Shown: piece by piece, positions 26,465 through 39,243 of the stretch
Layout: every line of letters starts with the position of its first letter
Numbering within the stretch: position 1 is the first letter of the stretch
Origin: Octopus sinensis
Taxonomy: Eukaryota
DNA length: 64,000 bases
Direction: 5' to 3'
NCBI RefSeq assembly: GCF_006345805.1
Contig: NC_042998.1
Span: forward strand, 40,610,001 to 40,674,000
Notes under the pieces: generated by a model
Told to the model about the DNA's origin: nothing
Databases searched by the model: none
Seen by the model: the letters and a program-made list of their open reading frames with translations, nothing else
Program-made: the position numbers and the translations under genes

Positions 26465-26910
26465 TCCTCATCATCATCACCATCACCATCATCACCACCA
26501 CCACCACCACCACCACCATCACCACCACCACCACCACACCACCACCATCATCATCATCATCATCATCATCATAATCATCATCATCATCATCGTTTAATGT
26601 CTGTTTTCCATGCTAGCATGGGTTGGACGGTTCGACCAAGGTCTGGGAAGCCAGGAGGCTGCACCAGGCTCCAGTCTGATCTGGCAGTGTTTCTACGGCT
26701 GGATGCCCTTCCTAACGCCAACCACTCTGTGAGTGTAGTGGGTGCTTTTTACGTACTGCTGGCACAGGGGCCAGAGGAGGCTGGCAACAGCCACAATCGG
26801 TTGGTGCTTTTTATGTGTCACCAACATGGACGCCAGTCAGGCGGCACTGGCATCAACCGCGTTTGGATGGTGCTTTTTATGTGCCACCGGCACGGGTATC
26901 ATAACTACTA
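26465..26910 (-). mobile_element. RTE-LINE 3'-end-derived repeat with (CAT/CAC)n tail
   Basis: catcatcgtttaatgtc...ccatgctagcatgggttggac...ggatgcccttcctaacgccaaccac is the reverse complement of 29650-29945. The polyHis/Pro ORF is the microsatellite tail. Confidence 0.75.
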
Positions 26911-27074
26911 AATGGGGAAACAATTTCAAGATTGAAAAATTTTAATAACCATGCTTAAGGGAAGAGCTGATCTTTGTTAGTAAGGACAATGGAGAGTGGT
27001 GAATATGTTTCAATCTAATGGACTTCCCCAGTAATACATGGTCAGCTTAAACTAGATCAGTTAGTTGACAGATT

Positions 27075-27305
27075 TGAGCCTTTAGCATTTAAACCAGCTA
27101 TATTAGGTTAAATTATCCTACCTGTTTAATGTTCCAATTGGCTATATCTGGCCTCTCAAACCTACTCTGCAGTGTCATCCTAAAAATATACAATCACATT
27201 ATGAAAATATCAAAACTGTGATATAATACATGATTAATTCAAAACAATTTTTTTAAAAAAAACTGTTACATCTGGCAGACTAATCTGAATGAAAAAGGGT
27301 TAAGA
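27075..27305 (+). mobile_element. MITE-like repeat (family E)
   Basis: cctttagcatttaaacc...aaaagggttaa. Similar to 25710-25926. Confidence 0.7.
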
Positions 27306-28489
27306 ACATTGCTCCAAAGACATAACTGATCTCACACACACACACACACCTGCATGCACAAATACCTATAAAAACATGTACATACACATACATACACATG
27401 CATGCACTTGTGTGCATGTGTGCAGGCATATATACACACACACTCACACACCTGTATGCAGACGTCTGCATAGACAAAAAATTCCACTCACACAAATTAA
27501 CTGTTATTTCCAAAACACAATTCCCTATTGTACCATCCCAACATATAATAACACTGTGTACATCAATTACCACATTCCCTCTCCAGATAATTGCTTTATT
27601 TTATTATCAGTTAAGTGATGAGACTTCCACACTCCCCCCCCCAAAAAAAAGCAAAAAAAAACACAATGCTATTGGATATAACAAGGAACCAATGTCTTTA
27701 AAAGCAAAGCTCTCTTTTCATTGTTTTGAAAATTTAGTAGCTGGTAGACATTAGTATCTTCTTCACTACCACTTGCTACATAAGCTTTTTTTAAAGCATG
27801 TTTGTGCTGACTATTTATAGAGCTAAAGTATTTATGGAATACTGTGGAGAGTGTGACAATGAGGGAGGAAGAAGAAAGAGGTAAAGGGAGTGGTGTTTGC
27901 TTATTTGCTTGCTAACCTGCCCCCTACTATATAGTTTTGGTCTAGGCAGCTGATTTTGTATTCAGTACAATGTATAGGTATTTGAAACACTCACTGAAAT
28001 AGTCTGAAAAGATAAACAAATCTTCCACATATACTATGGTTGAATTAACGTATTTTATTTAGTACATCTATTTTGATATATAACTGCTTAGGGCAAAGTG
28101 AACAGACAAATTTTCGAGACCTACTGCTCTTTATATAAAAATTATATAAATTTAGCAAATGTAGGTTCTTAAATACTCCCCTCCACCCTTTTTTTGGTAC
28201 CCTTATTCAATGAATAAATGAATTTCAAATCTATTTTCAAATATGACAGAAATGTCAATTTGTGATATATATGCTTAATATCACACATACCCTCTGATTG
28301 ATCATTTGAAGTGTATTAATTCTGATCATGTGTGACCTCTGAAATGAGCCCCATGCCATTATTCTTTTGTGTCTCTACTTACCAGTACTGGGAATAGGTA
28401 ATGACCCTACACCAGTTCCATTTTCATTCACACATAACTTACAGTTCCCTTTCCATTTACTCATAACTTACAGTTCACTGTTTCACAGT

Positions 28490-28830
28490 TAACTGGCGGA
28501 AGGCAAGCACATGCAAGGTAGACAGAAAAAGCATATCAAGAATACACTCGAAGTCTCACTGAAGAGCTTTGAGATCAACCCTGAAACCTGGTAAACTCAA
28601 GCACAAGATTGCTCTGCCTGGTGAAGCTACACCAACAGATGTGCTACCTTGTACAAATAGAACAGGATTGCAATGGTACAAAGAAAATGCAAACTGCACA
28701 AATCCAGAGCCAACTCCTTGCTTTCAGTCTCAGTCAACCACCAGTGCCTGACCTGTGGCAGAGCCTTCTGATCAGACATCAGATTGATCGACCACACCTA
28801 GATACAACTGCCCTGTCTTCTTCTCTCATG
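28490..28830 (+). mobile_element. RTE-clade LINE C-terminal fragment
   Basis: GRQKKHIKNTLEVSLKSFEINPETW...HQCLTCGRAF*SDIRLIDHT, resembling the RTE C-terminal C2H2-like motif (C..CGR.F.ARIGL.SH). Confidence 0.7.
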
Positions 28831-28930
28831 TGATGTCCTTGGTCATTATGAACAATGACAGGTGAACTAATTCAGAGATAAACCAGCAGATGGGAATCAG
28901 ATGAATCAATCACACTAGTGTGCTCATCCT

Positions 28931-29125
28931 CTTTCAATAATGATGATAACCTGAAATTGCACTTGCTTCAGTTTTTTGGTTGATAAGGATCAGAGATTCT
29001 ATGAGCACAGAAACATGAAGTTGCCAGAAAGATGGCAAAAGGTCATCAAATAAAATGGAAAATATATAACTGATTAAAGTTCATTCTTTGTATAAAAAAT
29101 GACTTTTACTTCACACTAAAAAGCT
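28931..29125 (+). mobile_element. 195-bp mariner 3'-end fragment
   Basis: About 95% identical (10 differences counted by eye) to the reverse complement of 30019-30214. Encodes ...KLPERWQKVIK.NGKYI. Confidence 0.85.
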
Positions 29126-29649
29126 AAAAAAGTGTCTTTGCAAATTCTCTAGTTAGAATTTATGGAGGATAAAAACTTATTCTATCAGAATATGAAGAAG
29201 TCATTGTAAATGAGTGATATCACTCATCTCAACTAGATAGCATTCATAATGATAAATAATTTTCAACTTCTTATAATGTTTATATTTTTTCATTATATGC
29301 TGTTTATGTTTTATATAGATTTTTTTTGTTATAATTTATTGTTGTGTAATAGTTTACATTTGAAGAAATTTCTCTTTTATCTTTTGTTATATGAATTTAT
29401 TTTTATCTTGGTTAGTAGACTTAATCCATCATCCATTTTATCACGTCTACATAGCTCTTGGGTGCCACTAGCAAAGTCAACAATTTCATTTGAAAATGAA
29501 TGAGCTACTTGTGATTAGTTCTATTCATATTCATTCCTATGCAGACGATACAATCCATTATTTCTCATTAACTTGTCATTCACATGTGTCAGTTGAGACA
29601 TTCAGTAAAGGGACATTGAAAAACTTCCAGTAATGAGCATAAGTGAAAT

Positions 29650-29945
29650 CATAGTTGTAGCCAGTGCTGCACAACTGGCACCTGTGCCGGTGGTATGTTA
29701 AAAGTACCATTCAAGCATGGCCAATGTCAGTGGCGCCTGAATGATTACCACGCTGGTGGCACATAAAAAGCACCCACTACACTCTCAGAGTGGTTGGTGT
29801 TAGGAAGGGCATCCAGCTGTAGAAACATTGTCAGATCAGGCTGGAGCGTGGTGCAGCCTCCTAGCTTGCCAGTCCTTGGTCAAACTGTCCAACCCATGCC
29901 AGCATGGGAAGTGGACGTTAAACGATGGTGATGCTGATGGTGATG
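29650..29945 (+). mobile_element. RTE-LINE 3'-end-derived repeat
   Basis: ...gtggttggtgttaggaagggcatccagc...ccaacccatgccagcatgg...gacgttaaacgatggtgatg tail. Confidence 0.75.
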
Positions 29946-29994
29946 ATACACACATGCACACACACACACACACACACAAACACACACACGCACA

Positions 29995-31294
29995 TTGGGT
30001 AGTTAAGAAAGTAATTTCAGCTTTTTAGTGTGAAGTAAAAGTCATTTTTTCATACAAAGAATGAACTTTAATCAGTTATATATTTTCCATTTTATTTGAT
30101 GACCTTTTGCCATCTTTCTGGCAACTTCATGGCTCTGTGCTCATAGAACTTCTAGTCCTTATCAGCCAAAAAACTGAAGCAAGTGCGATTTCAGGTTATC
30201 ATCATTATTGAAAGATTTACCACTCAAAGAATTATGCAAACTTTGAAATAAATGGTAATCTGATGGTGCAAGGTCAGAGCTCTATGGTAGATGTGACATC
30301 ACTTCCCAACCAAGCTCCACTAATTTTTCACAAGTTAGCAAAGACGTGTGTGGTCTAGAGTTGTCATGGTGGAACACGATTCCTTTGCTTCCTCCAGCTT
30401 CCTTAGTTGCCGACAGTAAACATCTGAATTAATCATTTGGTTCCTTGGAAGCAGCTCAAAGTACACCACACCTTTGTAATACCACCAAATTGACAGCATG
30501 ACCCTTTTTTTATGCAATTCAGCTTTTGATGTGGCTTGTATTGGTTCATTACATTTGGACCATGATCGTTTTTAATTGTTGTTATTGTAGACAATCCCTT
30601 TTTCATCACCAGTGATGGTTTGTTTCAAAAGACGGTCAATTTCATTGCATTTGATAACTACTTGGTGATAACTAGTCAGAGTTTTCAAAAAGTTTTCATC
30701 GTTCTCAACACAATCAAGGAGATCTTGTGCAACTGAAACCTTTTTGATCAGCTGAAAGCAGTTTTGGCACAAACTTGGCAGACACATCATCTCATACCCA
30801 AATCTTCAGTGATAATGGACTGAACTGAACTGTAACTAATCTGCACATCCTCTGATAAATCATGGATGATGATTCGCCGATTTCCCCTCACAGCTGCATG
30901 CACATCTGCAATGTTTTTCTCAGTCCTGCTGGTTGCGGGTCTCCCAGAACGTTCATCAGTATTGAGATTTTTCACCCACCTTGGAAACGTATGAACTACT
31001 CATACACTTGTGTGCAGCTCATATGCTCCTCTCCATACACTTTCTGCAACTTTGCGTTGGCCTCTGAGAAGGTATTACCATGACAACTTTCTCTGTCATG
31101 GTCAATGCGACAATCACATGCTACACACCTTCCTTCCAAGCACTACTGTAAACAGCGGGAGTGAACTAAAACGTTAAAAGTTAGTGCATATGCACAGCAG
31201 TGTTCAAGGTCAATCTTTGTCAAGTGGCTTCACTCTATGTACTTTGGATTTGTTACTATGGCAACAGTTCGGATACTTTTTGATCAGACCTTGA
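29995..31294 (-). mobile_element. mariner transposon remnant(s), apparently a composite of two families
   Basis: The 5' half has a TCAAGGTCTGATCAAAAAGTATCCGAAC TIR and DERSGRP...FLKTL. The 3' half has ITGDEK, VMLSIWW.YKGVVYFELL and LPERWQKVI, with an unrelated TIR (attgggtagttaagaaag). Confidence 0.85.
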
Positions 31295-31539
31295 ATATTA
31301 AGGAAACACACTGAAACTATACATCACCTACAAATAAACAATACACAGTCAAACCCTAAATAGCAGCATATTAAGGTACTACTCATATATCACAAAAATC
31401 TAAGCTACACTTAAAAGACAATTAGTTGATTGATATCCAATCAGATTTGAAGCCCTTTACAATCATTTATCACTTATATTATGACAGTCTACTCCACTGA
31501 TTAAGCAAACTGTGTACCATTCTAATCAAATCCAATGAA

Positions 31540-31584
31540 TGTGGAGGTAAAACATTGCACTCATTGCAATGTTTTACCTCCACA
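31540..31584. repeat. Perfect 20-bp inverted repeat with 5-nt loop
   Basis: TGTGGAGGTAAAACATTGCA-ctcat-TGCAATGTTTTACCTCCACA. Confidence 0.95.
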
Positions 31585-32864
31585 AGTCCTATTTTTATGC
31601 TTTTATTCACAGTCATTCCTTCCTAGATGTGCAAAGTTCTGAAATTACCTTTTTTCCAATGTTTCCTTATAAATATTGACTTATAAGAAAGTTTAAGGTG
31701 AATATTGACTAGATTAACTTCATCAGTCTGGAAAAGTTTGGAAGGGCTACAGGCTTTAATCTCCATTAGCTTAATAAAAAAAAAAAAAAATAGTGGCTGA
31801 TATTGCCTTTCTTCTCCTTAGGTATATAAAGTAAATTTCAGTAATATACTGGGATTGGTGAAATGTATTGATTCTCTCTCCTTCATTTAAGTTAGAAATC
31901 AATATTCTTTAAATTCTATATGTTACCCACTCTGTATCACCTTTTTATGGCACTGAATCAAACAACATGCAATATAATTTTTTTCCATCTTTATTATAAT
32001 TCCTTCACTAAATATGTTTTACCTAACCTTCAAGTCTTCAAAGGCAATATCAACTGTATCAGCTTCACCTAGTTACCTCAGTTTCCGCACCTAGATAGAG
32101 TCAAGTAGGATGCAATGTAACACCCAAATTGTGATAAGAAATTACAGCCTTTCTGCCAAGTAATTTGTACTTTTTCATTTTGTCAGTTGTATCTATTTTC
32201 ACTCATTCTAGCAAAGAGAAAATGATTTATGAGATTCTTCTGAAATTGCAAATTATCTATTATTTTGGTTACATTCTATAATAAACACAATAAAAATTGA
32301 TATAGACAACAGTTTATTTCTGATGTTATCCAACACATGATGTAAAAAAGAAATAAAAATAACAAATTCTTGTTTGTTTCTTTAATTGCCTTTTCAAGTA
32401 TGCTTTGTGTCTCCATTAATTGCCTTCTCTATTAATCTTCAACCACATTTTAGGGAATTCTTTTGATTAATTGCATACATCGTTCAAATCAGAATCAAAC
32501 AGAAATAGAAGCAAGACACATTTTTGACAGCCTGAAAATTTCATGAAATGTGCTTTATCAACGTGCTTCTTCATTTCTGAATTCAGCTGTTCAAGCAATC
32601 CATCATAAAATTATCTTCATGTTTGTTTAATTGGAGTTCATTGAAAGTGTTTTATAATTTGTCCTTGCCAACATTCTGTAAAAGTTCATGAATACTACAA
32701 AGAATGAGGGAAGCCAAAAAGTGAAACAAAATGTACTTTAAAAAAAATAAGGTAATTTAGAAATAAAATTGTCAGCTACAATAAACTTTTCCTCTATTGA
32801 TTGTTGAAGGAATACAGTCTAAAAGGGCAGCTGTAAAGTCTACAGAAAGTTCAGTGTATGAGTA

Positions 32865-32920
32865 TATAAATATACATACATAAACATACATGTATATGTA
32901 TATGTATATATATATATATA

Positions 32921-33005
<85 letters not shown>
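32865..33005. repeat. (TA)n microsatellite
   Basis: Directly visible. Confidence 0.95.
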
Positions 33006-33010
<5 letters not shown>

Positions 33011-33335
33011 GCACTCCATTGGTTATGACAATGAGGGTTCCAGTTGATCAAACCAATAGAACAACCTGCTCATGAAATTAATGTGCAAGTGGCTGTGCAC
33101 TCCACTGACACGCATACCCTTAACGTAGTTCTCAGGGAGATTCAGCGTGACACAGAGTGTGACAAGGCCAGTCCTTTCAAATACAGATACTACTCATTTT
33201 TGCCAGCTGAGTGGACTGGAGCAACATCAAATAAAGTGTCTTGCTCAAGGGTACAGCATGTTGCCAGGAATTGAACTCATGACCTTGTGATCGTTAGCTG
33301 AATACTCTAACCACTATACCACATGTCTTCACGTG
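33005..33335 (-). mobile_element. tRNA-derived SINE (family C)
   Basis: tRNA-like head on the minus strand (gtggtatagtggttagagtattcagc...ggtcatgagttcaattcctggc) and body cttgagcaagacac...ctccagtccactcagctgg. Confidence 0.8.
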
Positions 33336-33752
33336 TGTGTATATACATAGTCATTATGAGGATATATAAACCTCTTATAGAGATAGATTTATCCAAGTTA
33401 TACTGGTTTAATATATTATAAAGATATAATTTTTCAATAAATATATTATACAAATATCAAAAATTATTAAGCAACAAAATAAAGAGATATAATGGATATA
33501 AATTAATTTTTAATTAATTAACATTGCTTACAGTTGTTTCAATTTACAATACAAATTTCAAAATATATATATAATAAAATAATTTTGAATTTTTTAGGCT
33601 TTTGGGTGAAATATCTTCAGGGCAAAAAGGACATTACAGAATTTACATGTGAATCAGTTGAGGTACTCCAATTTTATATGATTGTAGGTAATGTTAATTA
33701 ATTAAAAATTAATTTACATCCATTATATCTCTCCATTTTCTTAATAATAATA

Positions 33753-33791
<39 letters not shown>

Positions 33792-33801
33792 TAATAATAA
33801 T

Positions 33802-33850
<49 letters not shown>

Positions 33851-34394
33851 CATATACAGTCCAACCCATGCTAGCATGGAAAACGGACGCTAAACGACGA
33901 TGATGATGATGATGATGACATATACATACATATACTACACACATATATGTATGTATACACACATATTAACACACACAAACACACACACAAGTACATACAC
34001 ACACACATACACACACACAGAGTAGGTGCAGGCATGACTGAGTGACTGAGATGTTCAATTACCAACCATGTGATTTTGTGTTCAATTCCACTGCATGACA
34101 CTTTGGGTGAGTGTCTTCTATAGGCCAAACAAAGCCTAGGAATTTTATTGATGGAAACTGAAAAATGCCCAAAAGGATGTAAAAACAATGATAACAATGA
34201 TATAGCTGTATTTATTCTTAAGAGTGAAGGCACATCAACATGTAGGACACCAGAAATGGCTAGGTACAATCACATAGAGCTTGCAGTGAAATTTTACCTA
34301 ATGATGGTGGATGAAAGCTTTTATGACTACATTTAAAAAAATATCAAAACAGCTGTTGTAAATTTTAAAAGCCATTTGTGTTTACTTATATATA

Positions 34395-35665
34395 CACAGA
34401 CATGCAGGAAGTAAATAGAGACTTTTAATTTTCAAAATCTTTTATTTAATACACAAAGCAAACAATTGAAATGTAATTGATAGGTAGGACTACATACTTT
34501 AGTATTTTGTTGACATTCCCATTGCAGTTTTTATTTAGAAACTCTTTTTGGCATTGAACTGATGAGCTTTGTGATTATCTCTTGTGGAATTTCTGCCCAC
34601 TTTTCATGTAACAATCAAAGCAATTCATCTTTAGATTTAGGTTTCTGTTGAGTTTTTTTGTATAGCTCTATCTAGTATGCTCCAAAGATTTTCAATTGGG
34701 TTCATGTCAGGAAATTTGCTCAGCCAAGGAAGCTTTTTGATCCCATTTTCAGCTAACCATTGTTGATTTCTTTTCACTGTGTGGCATGGAGCCCCATCTT
34801 TCATGAATAAAATCTCATTTTTCATTATGTTATCGTGTGAATACATTGGAAGTAGTCCTTGCTTAAGTATTTCAATGTATTTTTCAGAGTTTATGGTTCC
34901 AACACATTCGATCAGCTCAGAACGACCATTGCTGGTGACAGCTCCCTATACCATTACAGAGATACACCATGTTTCACAGTTGGTTGGAGTCGTTTCAAAT
35001 CAAATTCTTGATTGGGAAGTTTCCAGACCCAAACACGCCCACTGTCTGGAAATAATGCAAATCTGGGTTCATCTGAGAAAATCACTCTATCCCAAAATGA
35101 ACTGGATTTTTCTGACATCTCCTGAGCCCATTTCTTTCTTTTCATGATATTAATTGATTGAAGAAGTTTTCTTCTAGCTGCTTGTCCATAATACCCAAGC
35201 TTATGCAGATATGTGACACATGTTCTTGGACTAACTTCTAGCTGTTTTGCAATGTCAGAAGCCTTTGAATGGGGTTTGTTTTCCACAATTCTCTTTAAAC
35301 AGTGAAGCTTCTTTCTGAGGGCCCAGGTCGGCTGAAACAAGAATCTATTGATTCTTTTCCTTGGCTTTTGAATTGCCCTATAATTCTATTAACAGTAGCA
35401 AGAGGAATTTGAAGATTTTCGGCAATTTTTCACTGGCTAAGACCAGAATCAGATTGCCCAAAAATATGACCTCTTTGAAAATCTGACAGTTCTACTGCAT
35501 TTTTTGTGTGTAGCATGGTTACTCTTCACAAATGTTTAATATAATGGCACCTGGAATGAAAAAAATAATTACATTGTAAATTCTACACCGCTGAAAACAT
35601 GTTAAGATGCTTAGATCAGAAATTTTGAAAATTAAAGGTGTGTATTTACTTCCTGCATATCTGTG
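34395..35665 (-). mobile_element. Tc1-family DD34E DNA transposon, inactivated
   Basis: TIRs of ~40 bp (CACAGA(C/T)ATGCAGGAAGTAAATA...) each flanked by TA. Motifs VIFSDE, FMKDGAPCH and PDMNPIENLW, with 34 residues between the second D and E. Frameshifts present. Confidence 0.93.
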
Positions 35666-36119
35666 TATATGTATATCAGACAAAGTATACCCAAAGAGAT
35701 TGGTAGCAGTCTGTATTGGCAAGGATTGTATATTTTGAAAACTGTAATAGAAAGGATAAAGTAATATTGCTTAGAGAATGGAATTTCTAATGTTTCAGAG
35801 TTGAAATAAGGGGAAAATACAGAAAGCTGGAAGATGGGAGAGTTTTGTATTTTCTATATTAAGGTGACAGGTAGTAACTGATAGGGAAAGCAGCACAATG
35901 TAAGAGTGCAAGTGTAGACAGGAAATAGTGGGAGAAAGAAACTTGGTGAGAGAGGGAGAAATAAACAGAAATAAAAAGATGAAGAGAAGCTGGCTGAGAG
36001 TGAAAATGAGGGGAAATTAACGTGATTGGAGTGTTAAAGGAGGAAATTAGAGTTAGGAGCAGGTAGGGTGTAGAAGAGAAAAGATTCATTTAAATCTATC
36101 AGTGCCATGAACGTCAAAT

Positions 36120-36564
36120 TTGTGTGACACAGTGCTGAGTCCAAACATAGGGTCTTTCAGCAGCTACCCTCTCGGCCCATGGCAGCTCTACCTCCTTCAA
36201 GCACATGATGTAGGCTTTTGAATTGAGTGTGAGATAGTCTGGAAGATGAATGGAGGCACAACGTTGCCACCACTAGTGATCACTCCAAACATCATGATGT
36301 TGATTGGATGAGTTTTATCACTCTCAGTACATGTCCTCAGATTGACACTCTGAAATGTTCATATTGGAGCTTCTTGAATGAATGCCAAGCAGTACAGCAT
36401 GCTGTTTCCAAATTTCTGGCAGAGTGAATTGCGTAATGGTGCTGTTTTTCTCACAGATGGTTCCCAACTGATCTTACTATACTGTGTATATGACAAAATG
36501 AGAAACAAACTATGCGCATGTGTGAAATTTAAATATAAAATGGTAACAATTTACCCATCGCACC

Positions 36565-36567
<3 letters not shown>
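36120..36567 (-). mobile_element. Internally deleted 5' fragment of the same Tc1/mariner family as 13857-15145
   Basis: Terminus TA-CAGGGTGCGATGGGTAAATTG matches the 13857 TIR. Shares gaaaaacagcacc...aattcactctg and catcatgatgtttggagtgatcactagtg segments. Confidence 0.85.
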
Positions 36568-36632
<65 letters not shown>

Positions 36633-36802
36633 ATGTAATATGTATGTGTATATATATAACTGTATACTTATATATGCATGTATGCATATTTATGTATATA
36701 TATAAATAAAAAAGTATATATATATGTATATGTATATATATATATTTATGTATATGTATATAGATATATGTGTATGTATGTATGTATATATATATATGTA
36801 CT

Positions 36803-36834
<32 letters not shown>

Positions 36835-37185
36835 TCATCATCATCATCGTCATCGAACGGACGTTAAACGATGATGATGATGATGATGATGTATATATAT
36901 ATATATATATATGTATATATGTAAGTACATATGAATGTATATCTATGTATATATATATATGTATGTATATATATATATTTATATATATACACATATATAC
37001 ACAGATATATATATATTATATACATACATAGACATATGTATGTGTATATATATATGTATATATATGTATACATATACAAACACACATGTGTATAAAATTT
37101 ATATATATATATATACGTATATGTATGTTGAAATGTGTGTGTGTGTGCGTGTGTATGTATGTACTTATGTATGTGTGTGTGTGAG
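36567..37185. repeat. Long (TA)/(TATG)/(TG) low-complexity tract with an embedded (CAT)n-(ATG)n RTE tail
   Basis: Directly visible. Confidence 0.93.
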
Positions 37186-38029
37186 TAATTTGTTCTTTTG
37201 GATTGCAGTATAATTGTATTTATATATTAATATTTATGTTTTTGTACATTAATCTTGAGAAAGTTAGTCATAAATATTGGTAATAGTGATTTCTCACATT
37301 GGTACAAAGCCATAAATCAAGGTAATAAAAACAAAATTCCTAGACAATTCTCTTTCAATCCAGAGAAATGTAAGTTCTGAGGGGTTTTAGTATACATTCA
37401 CCAATACTGTAAACATCATTGATTTCCTGTATTAGTTTCGGAAAAAAAAAAAAAAAACTCGTGTTGTCTAGAATTATTTTCTCAGGTAATGTCAATGGAA
37501 CACAAGTTATTCTCACTTTTAAAAAAATTTATAGATTCGGAGACTAAAAATTAGGATTCTGATGCTAAAAAAACTGGATAGTATAGGCAAAAACAAAAAA
37601 AATGGTAATATAGTTGAAAAATAATTCGTATATCAGTAATATTTCTTATAATTCTTACCATTTTATTAGAAATGTTCATGTATATTTATGAATGAATTTA
37701 TCTGATATGTTATGCGTTAAATAACACACTGTATCTCTGTGTACAAAAATGTAATGTCTATCTCTATGTACAAAAAAAAAAAAAACCAAATACTTATGAG
37801 ACTCATGCCACTATCTTTCACAAGCTAAATCTTCTTGCTATACACAGATTTTTTCATGCTATACATAAAATCACACCAATCTATTCAGAGTAAATATGTT
37901 TTACTCATAAAGTTTTGATGAGTTGTTACACATCTATACTAATGTGTAGTGAAATAAATGGTAACAGTTGTTGTGCTGGCCCAGGTCAGCTCTGATCCAA
38001 CAGACCCATGGGAAGATGTATACTTTTCT

Positions 38030-38430
38030 ACTCTAGGTACAAAGCCTGAAATTTTTGGAGAGGTGGGGAAGTTGATTAGATTGACCCCAGTATGCAACTG
38101 GTACTTATTTTATTGACCTCGAAAGGACGAACGGCAGATGAAATACCTATTTCTTTACTACCCACAAGGGGCTAAACACAGAGAGGACAAACAAGGGCAG
38201 ACAAACGGATTAAGTCGATTATATCAACCCCAGTGCGTAACTGGTACTTATTTAATTGACCCTGGAAGGATGAAAGGCAAAGTTGACCTTGGGGGAATTT
38301 GAACTCAGAATATTGCGGCAGACAAAATAACGCTAAGCATTTTGCCCGGCGTGCTAATGATTCTGCCAGCTCGCCGCCTTAGACAGACAAAATACTGCTA
38401 AGCATTTCGCCTGGCATGCTACCGTTTCTG
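38030..38430 (-). mobile_element. Nested family A SINEs (young copy at ~38140-38379 inside an older copy)
   Basis: The young copy closely matches 51317-51543. The aaatac.gctaagcattt.gcc.ggc.tgcta head segment is duplicated at 38325-38365 and 38388-38425. Confidence 0.8.
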
Positions 38431-38559
38431 CCTCACATTCTTCACATTCTGACATGCAGTAGTAAATTGTGTATGGTGCAGTGTGGAAATCTGGGCATGT
38501 TGTATTCTCACAATGTCCTGTTTGTTTCAGTCTGTCTGTTGTTATTGTTTAGTTCTCTG

Positions 38560-39243
38560 ATTGAACAGAGATACGATTAAAGGTGTCAGAGGTATTTATG
38601 TAGGACTACAATTTCTAATATATCCTTGCCTTATTTAAGAGATGATGTAATATGAAGGAGATTTGGCTTCTATTTCTAGAAGGTCAAGCAGCTACATAGA
38701 GATTCTTTTGTTGGCTCACTGTAAGTCTGTAAATTCTGATGGTGGTCATAATAAGGACAGGAACTTTGTTCAAATGCAAGAGTTGTTGTTTCTCTACTCG
38801 TTTCATTGGTGCTGAGCATTCTGGCACAATGAATGAGGTTAATAACACTAATTTTGTGTGTTCATGTTTTTTTATGCTTCTCAAAATTGAATGAGATAGT
38901 GTTGTTGGAATGCAGTTGTAATAGTGTTCTGGAGTGTTGTAGATGTGTTTGTGGATTAGAGCTTGCCACAATAACAAATTGTCTCACATGCATGTTCAGG
39001 TGAGAGTTTATCTTTAGTATTTTTTTTTTTGTGGTGCAAAAGATTCTTTGGTGTAATTTGCATGCAGCTTGTGATGATGAAAGCATGCTGTTTTGTGTTC
39101 TTTGCAGTTCATTATGTGATTTATTTGTTGAGAATTTGGAAGTTCAGGCTGATTTGGCATAATCAATAATAGAGTAAATATATTTCGGTTTTGGATTTGG
39201 TTTGCAAGATTCTTTACATGATTTCATGTGTTGAAGCATATTC
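38560..39243 (-). mobile_element. Decayed Penelope-like element, linker and GIY-YIG 3' portion
   Basis: Frame-hopping translation KILNK..SCMQ...HHKKK and the terminal ...LHLNK..Y.HHQNLQT..E...LCSC resemble the Penelope C-terminus (KIFNRNTLK.SYSCM; CNLCL.EK...LNKR.EL.S.CRH). Confidence 0.6.
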
